IMG/VR virus record: IMGVR_UViG_3300038393_001512 | Coordinates: 1 to 50,558 of that record | From: a virus | Lineage: Duplodnaviria > Caudoviricetes | Length of the DNA stretch: 50,558 bases | Reading direction: 5' to 3' (one strand) | Shown: piece after piece, positions 27,268-36,800 of the stretch | Numbering within the stretch: the stretch's first letter is position 1 | How the letters are laid out: each line of letters starts with the position of its first letter | Made by a program: the position numbers and the translations under genes | Notes under the pieces: generated by a model | The model's input: the letters and a program-made list of their open reading frames with translations, nothing else | The model's database searches: none | Told to the model about the DNA's origin: nothing

Positions 27268-28115
27268 TGTCCGAACCCGAACCCTTCGACCTAGACGCGG
27301 TCGTAGAAGCTAATGGTGGCATAAGCACAAGTTGTCGAGATTGTATCTTCGCCGAGAACGTGGGCAACGAGCAGGAAGACTGTGCGTTGGGCCGTATCGA
27401 CAAGTTCGAAGCGAACGGGGCCGAGATAGTGGGGCTGGACGACAGCTACCGTCGCTACCTACTGATCGCGGGCCGCTTCTGCAACGCCCATCGCACCGAG
27501 CAGTGGGGGGACGCCCACCCTCGACACGAATGGCCGAATGAGGTAGCCAAGGAATTCGAATTGGGTGCAACCCTCATCATCTATTGTGATGCGGACAGCG
27601 ACATCGACTTGATGGAGGCTACGCTCCACTCGGCAACAACCTGGCAAAGTCTCAAGCCACGTAGCGTCGTTGTTGTCCTCAACGGGGCACCTGGTGAGAC
27701 CAAGGACTATGTCGCCCTCATCCAGGCGTTGGGCATCGGCATCCCTTGGGAAGTGAGGGAGATCGTCCCGCACGAGGACGGGACCCGAAGAACCTTCGGC
27801 GAATCCCTCGACTTGGCCGTCAGCGGCATCAAGGGCGTTACCTACTATGGGGTGGCCCGTGCGGGCTACGAATGGCCCACCGATTACCTCTCGGTGATCA
27901 ACTACGCCATCAATTACGAGATGATTCGCCTCGTTTCCCTGCTCCCAGATGAGAAGGGCAACGCCCTCTTCATGGACGTGCGGCTGCACACCAAGCTTCT
28001 CAATGGCTATGTCGGCAAGGACTTGCTGGAGAAGCTCCAGGAAGTGGCCGATGCCGAGAAGACGCATCACATGATCAAGAGATTCGAGGAACTTCCATGC
28101 GTGTCTCAATCATAA
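27264..28115 (+). CDS. Hypothetical protein (Cys-rich N-terminus, possible degenerate GT-A-like domain)
   Basis: TSCRDCIFA...C...FCNAHR, then a beta/alpha region; no clear DxD motif. Confidence 0.65.
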   Translation: MMSEPEPFDLDAVVEANGGISTSCRDCIFAENVGNEQEDCALGRIDKFEANGAEIVGLDDSYRRYLLIAGRFCNAHRTEQWGDAHPRHEWPNEVAKEFELGATLIIYCDADSDIDLMEATLHSATTWQSLKPRSVVVVLNGAPGETKDYVALIQALGIGIPWEVREIVPHEDGTRRTFGESLDLAVSGIKGVTYYGVARAGYEWPTDYLSVINYAINYEMIRLVSLLPDEKGNALFMDVRLHTKLLNGYVGKDLLEKLQEVADAEKTHHMIKRFEELPCVSQS

Positions 28116-28816
28116 TCACCTGTCACAATTACGGGGACTTGGTCGCAGGAGCCATCAACAGTGCCTTCGCCCAAGACTACCCGTGCAACGTGATCGTGAT
28201 TGATGATGGGTCGGAGGACAATTCCTGGGAGAAGATCCAGGAGGCCGCGAAGCGGCACCCCGATCTCCAGGCCGTCCACATCCCCGACCAGAGGATGGGG
28301 CCCGCCTGGTGCAAGAACTGGGCGATGCAGACGTGCTGGGACACGTCGGACGCCTTCGCCTTCCTGGATGCAGATGACTCCTACCTTCCAACCAAGGTTT
28401 CCAAGTCGGTCGCCCTGCTCAAGCAGGACTACGCCAAGGTCGGCTTGGTCTATAGCGATGAGCACGTCAACAAGGGTAGTAAGATCACGGAGACGGGAGT
28501 CCTCAATCGCGGCTCAACTTACTTCAAGGAGCCCTTCTCATTGGAGGCGATAGCCACCCATAACATCGTGGGCGGCAACTACGTGGTCTCTCGGGCTGCC
28601 ATCAAAGAGATGGCGGGCTTCGACGAGACCATGAAGGTCGCCGAGGACTACGACTTGTCCAGGAAGCTGGTGGAGAAGTACGTCTTGCTACATATCCCAG
28701 AACCATTAGTCGTGAGAAACATTACCACTCGGGCCCTATCGCATTCGGTTCCGGCTGCCGAGTGGGATTACTTCAACAGAAGAGTGGCCAACAAATATGG
28801 GAAGATCACAGCGTAA
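28097..28816 (+). CDS. GT2 (GT-A) glycosyltransferase
   Basis: VSIIITCHNYG, VIDDGSED, FLDADD, EDYDL. Confidence 0.93.
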   Translation: MRVSIIITCHNYGDLVAGAINSAFAQDYPCNVIVIDDGSEDNSWEKIQEAAKRHPDLQAVHIPDQRMGPAWCKNWAMQTCWDTSDAFAFLDADDSYLPTKVSKSVALLKQDYAKVGLVYSDEHVNKGSKITETGVLNRGSTYFKEPFSLEAIATHNIVGGNYVVSRAAIKEMAGFDETMKVAEDYDLSRKLVEKYVLLHIPEPLVVRNITTRALSHSVPAAEWDYFNRRVANKYGKITA

Positions 28817-29501
28817 CGCTCGCGACCTAAGCATCGTCATCCCAGCAGCGGGGATGGGCCGTCGCATGAAGAGCTATGGCCCGAAGCCCCTCATCGAGCT
28901 ATCGGGCTATGAGACAGTCCTTGGGAGACAACTCCGTGTGCTTCGCACCGCCTTCCCCAAGGCCGATATTGTCGTTGTCGTCGGATACGAAGCCGACCGA
29001 GTCATTCGTACGCTACCGCTTGGGATGCGTCTCAAGGTGGTCGAGAATGAGCGGCACGATGAGACGAACGTGCTGCGAAGCATCGGTATGGGGCTACGGG
29101 TCGTCAATACGACAAACGTCCTCGTTGTCTACGGCGACCTCGTCTTCAACAGTGACGCCGTCGCATGGGCCTCGTCGAACGGCTCATCGCTGCTCGTCGA
29201 TACGAAGGGCCAGATCGGAGAAGAGGAGGTCGGGGCGACCGTCGTAGATGGGCGGGTGACCAACATGAGCTATGGGCTGGATACAAAGTGGTCCCAAATC
29301 ATGTATCTGACCGGACGCGAACTCGACTTATTCAAGCGGATGGCCTGGAATAATGATAAGAGGGTGTGGTTCGGTTACGAGGCCCTCAACATGGTCATCG
29401 ACAATGGGGGACACTTGAGGGCTATTGAGCCCCGAGGCGTCAGGGTGGCTGAGATCGACTCCTCCAAAGATATCGAGCGGGCCCGCTCGATTATCGAGTG
29501 A
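28797..29501 (+). CDS. Sugar/polyol/choline-phosphate nucleotidyltransferase (NTP_transferase, LicC-like)
   Basis: IVIPAAGMGRRMKSYGPKPL, VVVGY, VYGDLVF, EIDSSKD. Confidence 0.9.
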   Translation: MGRSQRNARDLSIVIPAAGMGRRMKSYGPKPLIELSGYETVLGRQLRVLRTAFPKADIVVVVGYEADRVIRTLPLGMRLKVVENERHDETNVLRSIGMGLRVVNTTNVLVVYGDLVFNSDAVAWASSNGSSLLVDTKGQIGEEEVGATVVDGRVTNMSYGLDTKWSQIMYLTGRELDLFKRMAWNNDKRVWFGYEALNMVIDNGGHLRAIEPRGVRVAEIDSSKDIERARSIIE

Positions 29502-29535
29502 CACTTCGCAATCCATGTCCTATACTAAGGGTAGG
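29498..29535 (+). promoter_or_regulatory. Sigma70-type promoter with the conserved 19-bp motif (copy 3)
   Basis: GTGACA(29498)-17 nt-TATACT(29521); GTCCTATACTAAGGGTAGG at 29517-29535, identical to copy 1. Confidence 0.85.
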
Positions 29536-29537
29536 TG

Positions 29538-30353
29538 ATGAGAATACTCTGCCAAGTCGCCCGCGAACGAGACCGGGCAATCTACAATGGGTGGAAGCGG
29601 GTCTGCGAACTCGCGGGACACTCGTTTGAATACATGGAGCAGGGAAGGGCTGTCTTCGACTCGTTCGATGAGTCTAACCCCGACCTCTTCATCGAGACGG
29701 TAACGCCCCGGTCGAGGGCCGTCTCCAAGTGCATCGGGGAACGCAAGCGGCTGCTGGTGGCCCTCCAGCACGCTCCGGTGCCCGCCTTCGACACCTTCCT
29801 CTTTCCGAGCGGCGACCCATCTCCCGCCCTCGCTTGCGATGTAGCCTTCGTGGGCGACTATCGCGAGGACAAGCAGACCCTTCTCGACGCCTGGATTGAG
29901 CCGCTGGCCGGATGGGTCAACCTCAAGATCTTTGGCCGCGAGCCCTGGCCCTACAACGATTACCTGGGGCCGGTGGACGACGAGACGCTGGCCTCCATCT
30001 ATCGGTCGGCGAAACTCTGTGTAAATGTGTCGAGCGAAACGAAGAGGCCGAGCGAGCGAGTCTACCAGATCCTTGGGAGCGGAGCCGCTTGCGTCTCCAA
30101 CCAAATCGCATGCGGCAACTTCCCCATCGTCGTGTCCTTCTCGCCCGAGGACTTCCTCAACGAGGTCACGGGGCTCATCCGGAAGAGTTCGGCGGGGACG
30201 AGGCGGATTAACGAGATGAAGCGGATTGGCCGCGAAGCGGTGCTCGGCGAGCACACCTACTTCGATCGTGTGGGCGAGATGTTCCTGGAGATCGGGCAGT
30301 TCAAAGAGGCCGAGAAGGTAGCGAGGATTCGACATGAAACTATCGGAGTATGA
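29538..30353 (+). CDS. Glycosyltransferase (CgeB / Glyco_trans_1_2-like)
   Basis: DVAFVGDY, LKIFG..W, IYRSAKLCVNV, SERVYQILGSG, EHTYFDRV. Confidence 0.82.
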   Translation: MRILCQVARERDRAIYNGWKRVCELAGHSFEYMEQGRAVFDSFDESNPDLFIETVTPRSRAVSKCIGERKRLLVALQHAPVPAFDTFLFPSGDPSPALACDVAFVGDYREDKQTLLDAWIEPLAGWVNLKIFGREPWPYNDYLGPVDDETLASIYRSAKLCVNVSSETKRPSERVYQILGSGAACVSNQIACGNFPIVVSFSPEDFLNEVTGLIRKSSAGTRRINEMKRIGREAVLGEHTYFDRVGEMFLEIGQFKEAEKVARIRHETIGV

Positions 30354-31011
30354 TCAGGTACACTGTCTCTTCGTTGATCGTCGCATCAAGGAAGAGCAGG
30401 ATCGAATCTTCGAGATGCTGATGGAGAAGGGCGTTGATAAGTCGAAGATTAAACCCTTTATGGACGGTCTCGGGAAGATCTTCCACCCCGCCCACTACCA
30501 GCAAATCTCGCCCACCCCGCCCTCATCCTGGCAGCATGGGCCTGGAGCATACGCCCACTTCGTGGGCATGCAGGCGATCATCGAGAGGGCTAAGGCCGAT
30601 CGCTCCGTCGAGCACATCCTATTCGTCGAAGACGACTGTGTCTTCACAGAAGACTTTGACGACGTCGTGGACTCGGCGACCCAGCAGCTTGTCGGGCACG
30701 ACTGGGACATCCTCTACTACGGGGCCAACCACACGTGGGCCAGGACCGGCATCATCAGTGAGAATGTCTTGCAGTGCTTCGGCTCGTACACCACCCACTG
30801 CCTGGGTATCAAGAGAAGGATGTTTAATTCCCTGCTCCGTCTTAAGCCTTATCACGTGATCGATAAGGTCATTGCGGACACCATCCATCCCACCCACAAG
30901 TGCTACGCCGTGTGGCCTAACGTCGCCATCCAGAAGCCGGGGTACTCCTACCTCTCCTATCAGGAGATGGACTACACGGACTACTTCAAGAATAAGGGGA
31001 TGAACCATTGA
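30334..31011 (+). CDS. GT25-like glycosyltransferase
   Basis: GAYAH, ILFVEDDCVF, WDILYYG, TTHC, VIDK, IQKPGYS. Confidence 0.8.
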   Translation: MKLSEYDQVHCLFVDRRIKEEQDRIFEMLMEKGVDKSKIKPFMDGLGKIFHPAHYQQISPTPPSSWQHGPGAYAHFVGMQAIIERAKADRSVEHILFVEDDCVFTEDFDDVVDSATQQLVGHDWDILYYGANHTWARTGIISENVLQCFGSYTTHCLGIKRRMFNSLLRLKPYHVIDKVIADTIHPTHKCYAVWPNVAIQKPGYSYLSYQEMDYTDYFKNKGMNH

Positions 31012-31493
31012 ATGAGCCTACGAGAATAGGCTTCCTGGTTGGCTCCCTCGGTGCGACCGACCTGGCCTATCACATCCTCCGCGAAGCCCACGAATACGTC
31101 CAGAAATCCAAAGATCTCGACATCATCGTCTTCTACCAGAACGTCGTCAAGACCTGGAAGAACCCCTCCTTCGCCATGATGAATATCAGCGAAGCTTTCA
31201 ACTATAGCGGGGTGGCGGTAGCCACCGACCTGGTTACCGCCGAGAAGATGAAGCACTTTCCGGGGCCGTCAGGCCGCTACTTCTACGTGTGGGACCTCGA
31301 ATGGTTGCGTAGCACCAAGCGGAGCTACGAGTCATTGAGGGACATCTACACGGACCCGAACCTCTCCCTTATCGCACGAAGCGATTCGCACGCCAGCCAG
31401 ATCGAGCGAAGCTGGAATAGGAAGGTGTCAGCCGTCGTACCCCACTGCGAATTGGCTTCGCTGGTCAAGGCGGTGTCCAGTGCAAAGAAGTAA
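31008..31493 (+). CDS. Hypothetical protein (possible GT-B N-terminal-like Rossmann domain)
   Basis: RIGFLV..., VATDL, YFYVWDLEW, IARS; last gene of the glycosylation cluster. Confidence 0.65.
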   Translation: MNEPTRIGFLVGSLGATDLAYHILREAHEYVQKSKDLDIIVFYQNVVKTWKNPSFAMMNISEAFNYSGVAVATDLVTAEKMKHFPGPSGRYFYVWDLEWLRSTKRSYESLRDIYTDPNLSLIARSDSHASQIERSWNRKVSAVVPHCELASLVKAVSSAKK

Positions 31494-31782
31494 GGAGTTC
31501 TATGAGCGTGAGTACACGCTCTTGGAGAAGAGCGTATGCCAGATCGCGGAGGAGCAGGGAACCTACCCCAACAAGATCAGGAGGGAGTTGAAGCGGCTGG
31601 GATACACGCTGAGAGACAAGGGTGAGGCGATGGCGGCTGCCATTCGAAGTGGGCGGCTCCAGCACCCGACCAAAGGCAAGAACCGTTCAGAGACGACGAG
31701 ACAGAAGATCCGTCAATCACTATTGAGGAAGACTGATGCCCCGAGTAGCGAAGAAGAAAAATGCGGTGGAAGAGGCGATTGA
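31480..31782 (+). CDS. HTH + NUMOD3-like DNA-binding protein, probable homing-endonuclease remnant
   Basis: KSVCQIAEEQGTYPNKIRREL (HTH-like); HPTKGKNRSETTRQKIRQS (NUMOD3-like); no nuclease domain follows. Confidence 0.6.
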   Translation: MQRSKEFYEREYTLLEKSVCQIAEEQGTYPNKIRRELKRLGYTLRDKGEAMAAAIRSGRLQHPTKGKNRSETTRQKIRQSLLRKTDAPSSEEEKCGGRGD

Positions 31783-32503
31783 TAGTGCGGTGGTCGAGGA
31801 TGAAAGTCCCATCGACGCTTCTCCTATCGCCGAAGCAAAGATTCCGGATGAGCCGGGACCGACCGACCCCGGTTGGCAAGAGTACGTCATGGGACACTTC
31901 GGTGAGGCCGACCTCGACTCCGAGGGGAACCCATACGCCCACTCGCTCCGTATTGTGGCTGAGAAACTCCTCGGCCCCATCACCAGGACTCTCGTCAGGA
32001 CAGTCCAGACACCCAACGACTCGAACGGGTACAGGGCCACAGTAGAGGTCTCCGTCACCTTTGCATGGGGCGGTGACCGAGAAGATATCAGAATCTTCGA
32101 GGACGTTGCAGACGTCTACAGCGGCAACACGCCCCCGAAGTTTGCCCGATTCGCCCCCTCTTCCGCTAAGACCAAGGCCGAAGGCCGGGCTCTCTGCTCG
32201 GCCCTCAAGCTCCGCAAGGTCTACGCGGCCGAGGAAATGACGGATACGCCAGTCTCAGAGGCGGGGCTGGATGGTATGATCGTTCTCACCCAACAGCGTT
32301 TCATCGATGCCAAGTGCAACGAGCTTGACATGGATGTGAACAAATTCATCAGTATGGGGGACTTCCGCTACAAGCACATCTCCCACGTGACGTTCGTAGG
32401 GGCCAAGAAGATGATCGAAAGGCTCAACATGTATCAGCAAGACAAGGGGAAGATCCCCGATGCTCTCAAGGGTTACAACCCAGACTGGCGTAAGGAAAAA
32501 TGA
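31736..32503 (+). CDS. Hypothetical protein, possible Rad52/Sak-like ssDNA-annealing protein
   Basis: RATVEVSVTF...SAKTKAEGRAL..ALKL resembles the Rad52-fold helix; weak. Confidence 0.5.
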   Translation: MPRVAKKKNAVEEAIDSAVVEDESPIDASPIAEAKIPDEPGPTDPGWQEYVMGHFGEADLDSEGNPYAHSLRIVAEKLLGPITRTLVRTVQTPNDSNGYRATVEVSVTFAWGGDREDIRIFEDVADVYSGNTPPKFARFAPSSAKTKAEGRALCSALKLRKVYAAEEMTDTPVSEAGLDGMIVLTQQRFIDAKCNELDMDVNKFISMGDFRYKHISHVTFVGAKKMIERLNMYQQDKGKIPDALKGYNPDWRKEK

Positions 32504-32865
32504 AAGCAAGGTATCGACCAAACGACAAGATCGAGTTCGAAATCGAGGGCCAAGCCCACACGGACCTCTTCGGGGCACTTGCCGAGCTAGACGAGGTCTT
32601 CGGTGAGCCCACATGCGGCAACTGCGAGAGTGAGGATATCTACTTCCGCAAGAGGAAGGTGACAGCCAAGGAAGGGAAGAATAAGGGGAAGACCTTCACC
32701 TATTACGAGATGCTGTGTCGCGGATGCGGCCACTACCTGCCGTACGGGCAGCACCGGGAGGGCGGGACCCTCTTCCCCGATCGTAAGATCAACGGTGAGT
32801 ACGACAAGAAGGCTCGCGGATGGAGACGCTGGACAGGAGGCGATCAGGAGCACGATGACGAGTAA
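32500..32865 (+). CDS. Hypothetical zinc-binding protein
   Basis: CGNC...CRGC; ATGA coupling. Confidence 0.75.
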   Translation: MKARYRPNDKIEFEIEGQAHTDLFGALAELDEVFGEPTCGNCESEDIYFRKRKVTAKEGKNKGKTFTYYEMLCRGCGHYLPYGQHREGGTLFPDRKINGEYDKKARGWRRWTGGDQEHDDE

Positions 32866-33097
32866 AATCCTCTTGTTTGTGATAGCGGTCGGCCTAGCCC
32901 TCTTCAGGATCTACGGCTATCACTCAATGCCCTTCCCAGCGATGGGCCACATCTATGCGGGCTGGATGTTCGGGACGTGGTGGACGATTGGCCGGTTCTT
33001 CCCGGTCAAGCAAGAACGCTTCTACTACCTGGCATTAGCGGTGTCCATCTCGCTGGTGGAGTTGTTCTGTTTCATCTACTTCCGCTTCCACCAATAA
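32855..33097 (+). CDS. Small membrane protein (about 3 TM segments)
   Basis: AGGAG RBS; hydrophobic stretches ILLFVIAVGLALF, IYAGWMFGTWW, YYLALAVSISLVELFCFIYF. Confidence 0.65.
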   Translation: MTSKILLFVIAVGLALFRIYGYHSMPFPAMGHIYAGWMFGTWWTIGRFFPVKQERFYYLALAVSISLVELFCFIYFRFHQ

Positions 33098-33130
33098 GAA
33101 AAGCCCCGGTCAAATGACCGGGGCTTTCTT
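33096..33130. terminator. Bidirectional intrinsic terminator between the convergent blocks
   Basis: AAGAAAAGCCCCGGTCA-AA-TGACCGGGGCTTTCTT, with A- and T-rich flanks on both sides, between two facing stop codons. Confidence 0.92.
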
Positions 33131-33133
33131 CGT

Positions 33134-33778
33134 TTAGAGGTACTCAAGGCTTACGTAGAGGCCGTACTGCACCTTGCTACCGATCGAGTCAGCACTCGCA
33201 CTGATCGCGACATACCAGTCGTGTTGAGTGTCGAATGTCCCTGCTCCGCTCGGCGACCATCCGCTCAGACCGGGCGACGAGGCCAGGCTGACCGGAGGAT
33301 CGTAGGTCCGTGCCCCGAAGGTTCCACCGGAGCCACCGGGCGTCGACCAGGACGTCTGACCTGATCCAGCCGGGGCCTGCGTGTTCCACGGGTGGATGAT
33401 CTGGGCGACTTTTGTCGTCACCCCGCTCGCCGGGTTGTTGATGTTGACCCTGTCGAAGATGATGAGCTTCACTTGTTGCGTTTGAACAGCGGTAGTATGG
33501 GTGAAGCGGATGTTGAGCGTCGACAGGTAGTTGGGGATGTCGCGGAGGACCCGCGTATCGTTCGTCGGAATCATCCCAGAGTTAGCATGCACATACTTCA
33601 CATTGTTCACTTTGGGGCCGTTGATGGCTCCCGTGGAGTCCGTGATGTAGGTGTTGTCTTGGTACTGGCCGACTTGGACCGATTGTCCGAAGCCGCCAGC
33701 ACCGTAGAACCCGAGTCCGGAACCAGCCAGATCATTGATCGTGAACTGGAAGCCGGACAGGAAGTTAATCTGTGCCAT
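33134..33778 (-). CDS. Probable virion structural protein
   Basis: GAGG RBS; Gly/Ser/Thr-rich beta-type composition; last gene of the tail block. Confidence 0.7.
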   Translation of the reverse strand: MAQINFLSGFQFTINDLAGSGLGFYGAGGFGQSVQVGQYQDNTYITDSTGAINGPKVNNVKYVHANSGMIPTNDTRVLRDIPNYLSTLNIRFTHTTAVQTQQVKLIIFDRVNINNPASGVTTKVAQIIHPWNTQAPAGSGQTSWSTPGGSGGTFGARTYDPPVSLASSPGLSGWSPSGAGTFDTQHDWYVAISASADSIGSKVQYGLYVSLEYL

Positions 33779-33795
33779 GTTCTTGTCCTCATGTG

Positions 33796-33833
33796 TAAGT
33801 AGGAGTAGCAATTCCTACTTATAGATACACCGT
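33796..33833 (-). promoter_or_regulatory. AT-rich intergenic element: 9-bp inverted repeat plus a candidate late-promoter sequence
   Basis: TAAGTAGGA-8 nt-TCCTACTTA (33796-33821); the minus strand reads ACGGTGTATCTATAAGTAGG. Confidence 0.45.
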
Positions 33834-33859
33834 AAAAGTGGCCTGAAAGTACGGATACT

Positions 33860-36800
33860 TTACGCCGGGCAGGTGGCGGCTATCGCGTACCAGCGATTGG
33901 TCAGCGGGTAATATCCCGCGATCACCAGCGTGTTTGCAGCGATCGAGGGGCCTCCGAGGACGTTGTAGACGTCGATCTTGTCGGCTGGGCCCGTCGCCGA
34001 GGCCGGTCCCAGCGTGATGGTCATCTTGGTCGGCCCCGCAGTTAGGGCTGCATCCAGCTTACCGATCAAGATAGTTGGAATCGTCCAACACTGTCTCCAC
34101 ATGTCATATCGCAAGTCGATCGGCCCTGCCTTCCAGTATTCCGGGTGCAAACGATGGTCGTCGGCGAAGTTATCTGACCAGTTGTGGATGAGGGGTGGGT
34201 TCGCCGGGTCGCCAGTGACGACGGCTTGGTTCGGGATCGGCTTACCCGTGTACTCGTAGCCCCACCCAACCATAACCATCGGTCCCCTGAGCCCAAGCAA
34301 CCTTGCATTGGTGAAGTCGGCGGGCTGCATCGGCGTGCCGTCAGCCAACTGAACGCCCTTATCGGCGGCAGCCTGTGCCTTCAAAGTATGCATCTCGCCT
34401 GGGTACGTCTGGTCCCACGTCATGATTTCGAGGTCATTCTTGGTCCCGAGGGGGTCAAGCGTCTTGACGCTCGGGATCGTAGTGCTCAAATGGCTCTCAA
34501 TCACCCCGAAGTGCGGGTAGTCCCCACGACCCGGCACAGGACCCGGATCAGTGGCATTCGTCGAGAAGGGCCTCAGGAGCCCCTCTAAGCTCATGGCAGC
34601 CGCCGCCTCCCAAAGGTCCGGATTGTCCGCACGGGCGTTTGCTACGGCCTCTGGGAGCGTTGAGGACGATACTACGGTGCGATACCTCTGGAGCTTCTCG
34701 GACCAGGCCATCCGACCATAGAGGATGTCGTGTGGCGTCCTCTGCTGGATCGCCCTCGAAGCGTTCTGCATGAAGCCGATTTGGGCGGCAACCGCCACCC
34801 TCTGATTGGTCTCCCTCTGATGGAAGAGGGTCCGCAGCGACCTGCGAACCTGTTGAGCCGCTATCCCCATCTGGCGGATGCGGTCGGCGTTCGTCTTGCT
34901 GAAGACTCCGAAGCGGGGCGAGAAGGTCTGCATACGATAGGACGTCTTAACCCCATCCACGCCCACCGACACATCGATGCTCGTCACTTGCGGCCCGCCC
35001 GCGATGAGGCTGTCACCCAGCGAGATGATCGGCATGCCAACCTGCTCTAGGGAGCCCGTCTCGGCCTCCTGCAAGTTGCTGGCGGCACCAGCGAGCTTGG
35101 CGGCGGCTGCCTGTTGGAGGGAGTCGTACCCGCCATACTCCCACGGGGTCAAACTCTCGTCCCTCTCGAAGGAGACCTTCCCTGCTACGCCCATCGGGCC
35201 AAATGGGGGGAACGTCCCCCACGGGCCATAGCTGTCCCTGTTGGACTTCATCGGGAGTGCCACCCCTCGCGGCCTGTAAGCTGGCGGGGCGATCCGGATG
35301 GGGAAGTCGCCCTGGCGGAAGCCCACCATCTGCTGAAGGATCTGGGGGTTGTCTTCCAGCCCGAGTACAACGGCCAGATCGGAGACGCCTCCCAATGGGT
35401 CCGGGGAGAGGGCGACAACCGGCCGATCCAATTCGATTACACAGTAGGGGAAGATGGTTTGGGCGGGGTAGACCACGCCAAGCGAAGTATCAACCCTTGC
35501 CCTGACGTAGACGCCATTGCCCTGGATGACGGTGGAGTTGGGATCAAGCTGTTCAATGTCGATCCCGCTATCCGCGTCAAAGAGGACGAAGCACTCGAAC
35601 TGACCATCCTCAGTCAAGAACATATCCTCATTCCCGTACATTAGGGAGAGGGGCAGGGAAGCTTCTGGGAGGTACGCTGACTCACAGGGTTCTTCGGATG
35701 CCACAACCTCGGTCGAGCCTTCGACCACCTTCCAGTAGACGAAGAAGGGGATCTTGACCAGGAACTTGCGACCGTAATACTCATTCGCATAGGTGGAAAC
35801 GAAGTTGTAGACTCGCTGGGCCCTCTTGGTCCAGTAATTCTCCTCAACCTCGTCATTCATGCCGCCGAACGCCTTGGCTGCCTCTTCCCTGGCCGCGATG
35901 AGGTCCCGCTGCATGAGGAGGTCGCCGAAGATGTCGAAGAGGTCTGAGTCGGAGTCCATCGCCCCCACCAAGTTGATGATCTCGGCCTTCTCCGGTTCGT
36001 GCCGCATGACCCATGCAGCCCAACTGTCGTAGTTGACGGCGGCGAGACGAAGCTCCGGAATGGTGCAATGGTACTTCGTGCCCCCCATGATGTCGGCGAT
36101 CGGGGCACAGTTCAGATCGAACTCGTGAACACCCGCCTCCGGACTACCGTGACCTACAATGGGAAGCCCCTGATCATTCATGCCCCAGAAGGGCCAGATC
36201 ATATCATCATTAGCGTAGTTGTAGAGCGGGTAGAGTTGACGGACGTCGCCGCCGAGGAGCACGGCATTCGTCACGTCGTTGCGAAGCTCGATACCCACCG
36301 CTTTCGTGGTCACGTCGGGCTGGGCATTGACGTAGGTCGAGATGGCACCGATCGTCTGCTGGTAGATCCGTGAGACGGTCTTGAACTTGATGGTATGTCC
36401 ATCTAGGTAGCAGATGTAGTCGTGCCCGCCATCCTGGCAGATTTCCGAAACGATGCTGAGGATGTCCCGCGATGTGCCACCGACCCTATAGTAGACGGGC
36501 GGGATGGGGAGGTTCCCCAAGTCCACGTTGTAGAAGTGGCCCCTGAATTGGAGGGGGCCACCGTAGTCGCCAGAGAAATTGGTGAGGTACTCGATGGCTG
36601 CCTTGATGCCGATCGTCCCCTCCTGCACGATTTCAATCGAGCCGGGAGACGAACCGGGGTCAACCTTCAAGACATCAAAGGGAGCATTCCACAGCATTCC
36701 CGAATTATTGGTGAGGGCCCCACCGAACCCCATCCGGTTCTCCCAGAAGCCATAGGCATTGAGGAGGTTGGGCATCGCACCCGTGGCCCCCCGGAAGGAG

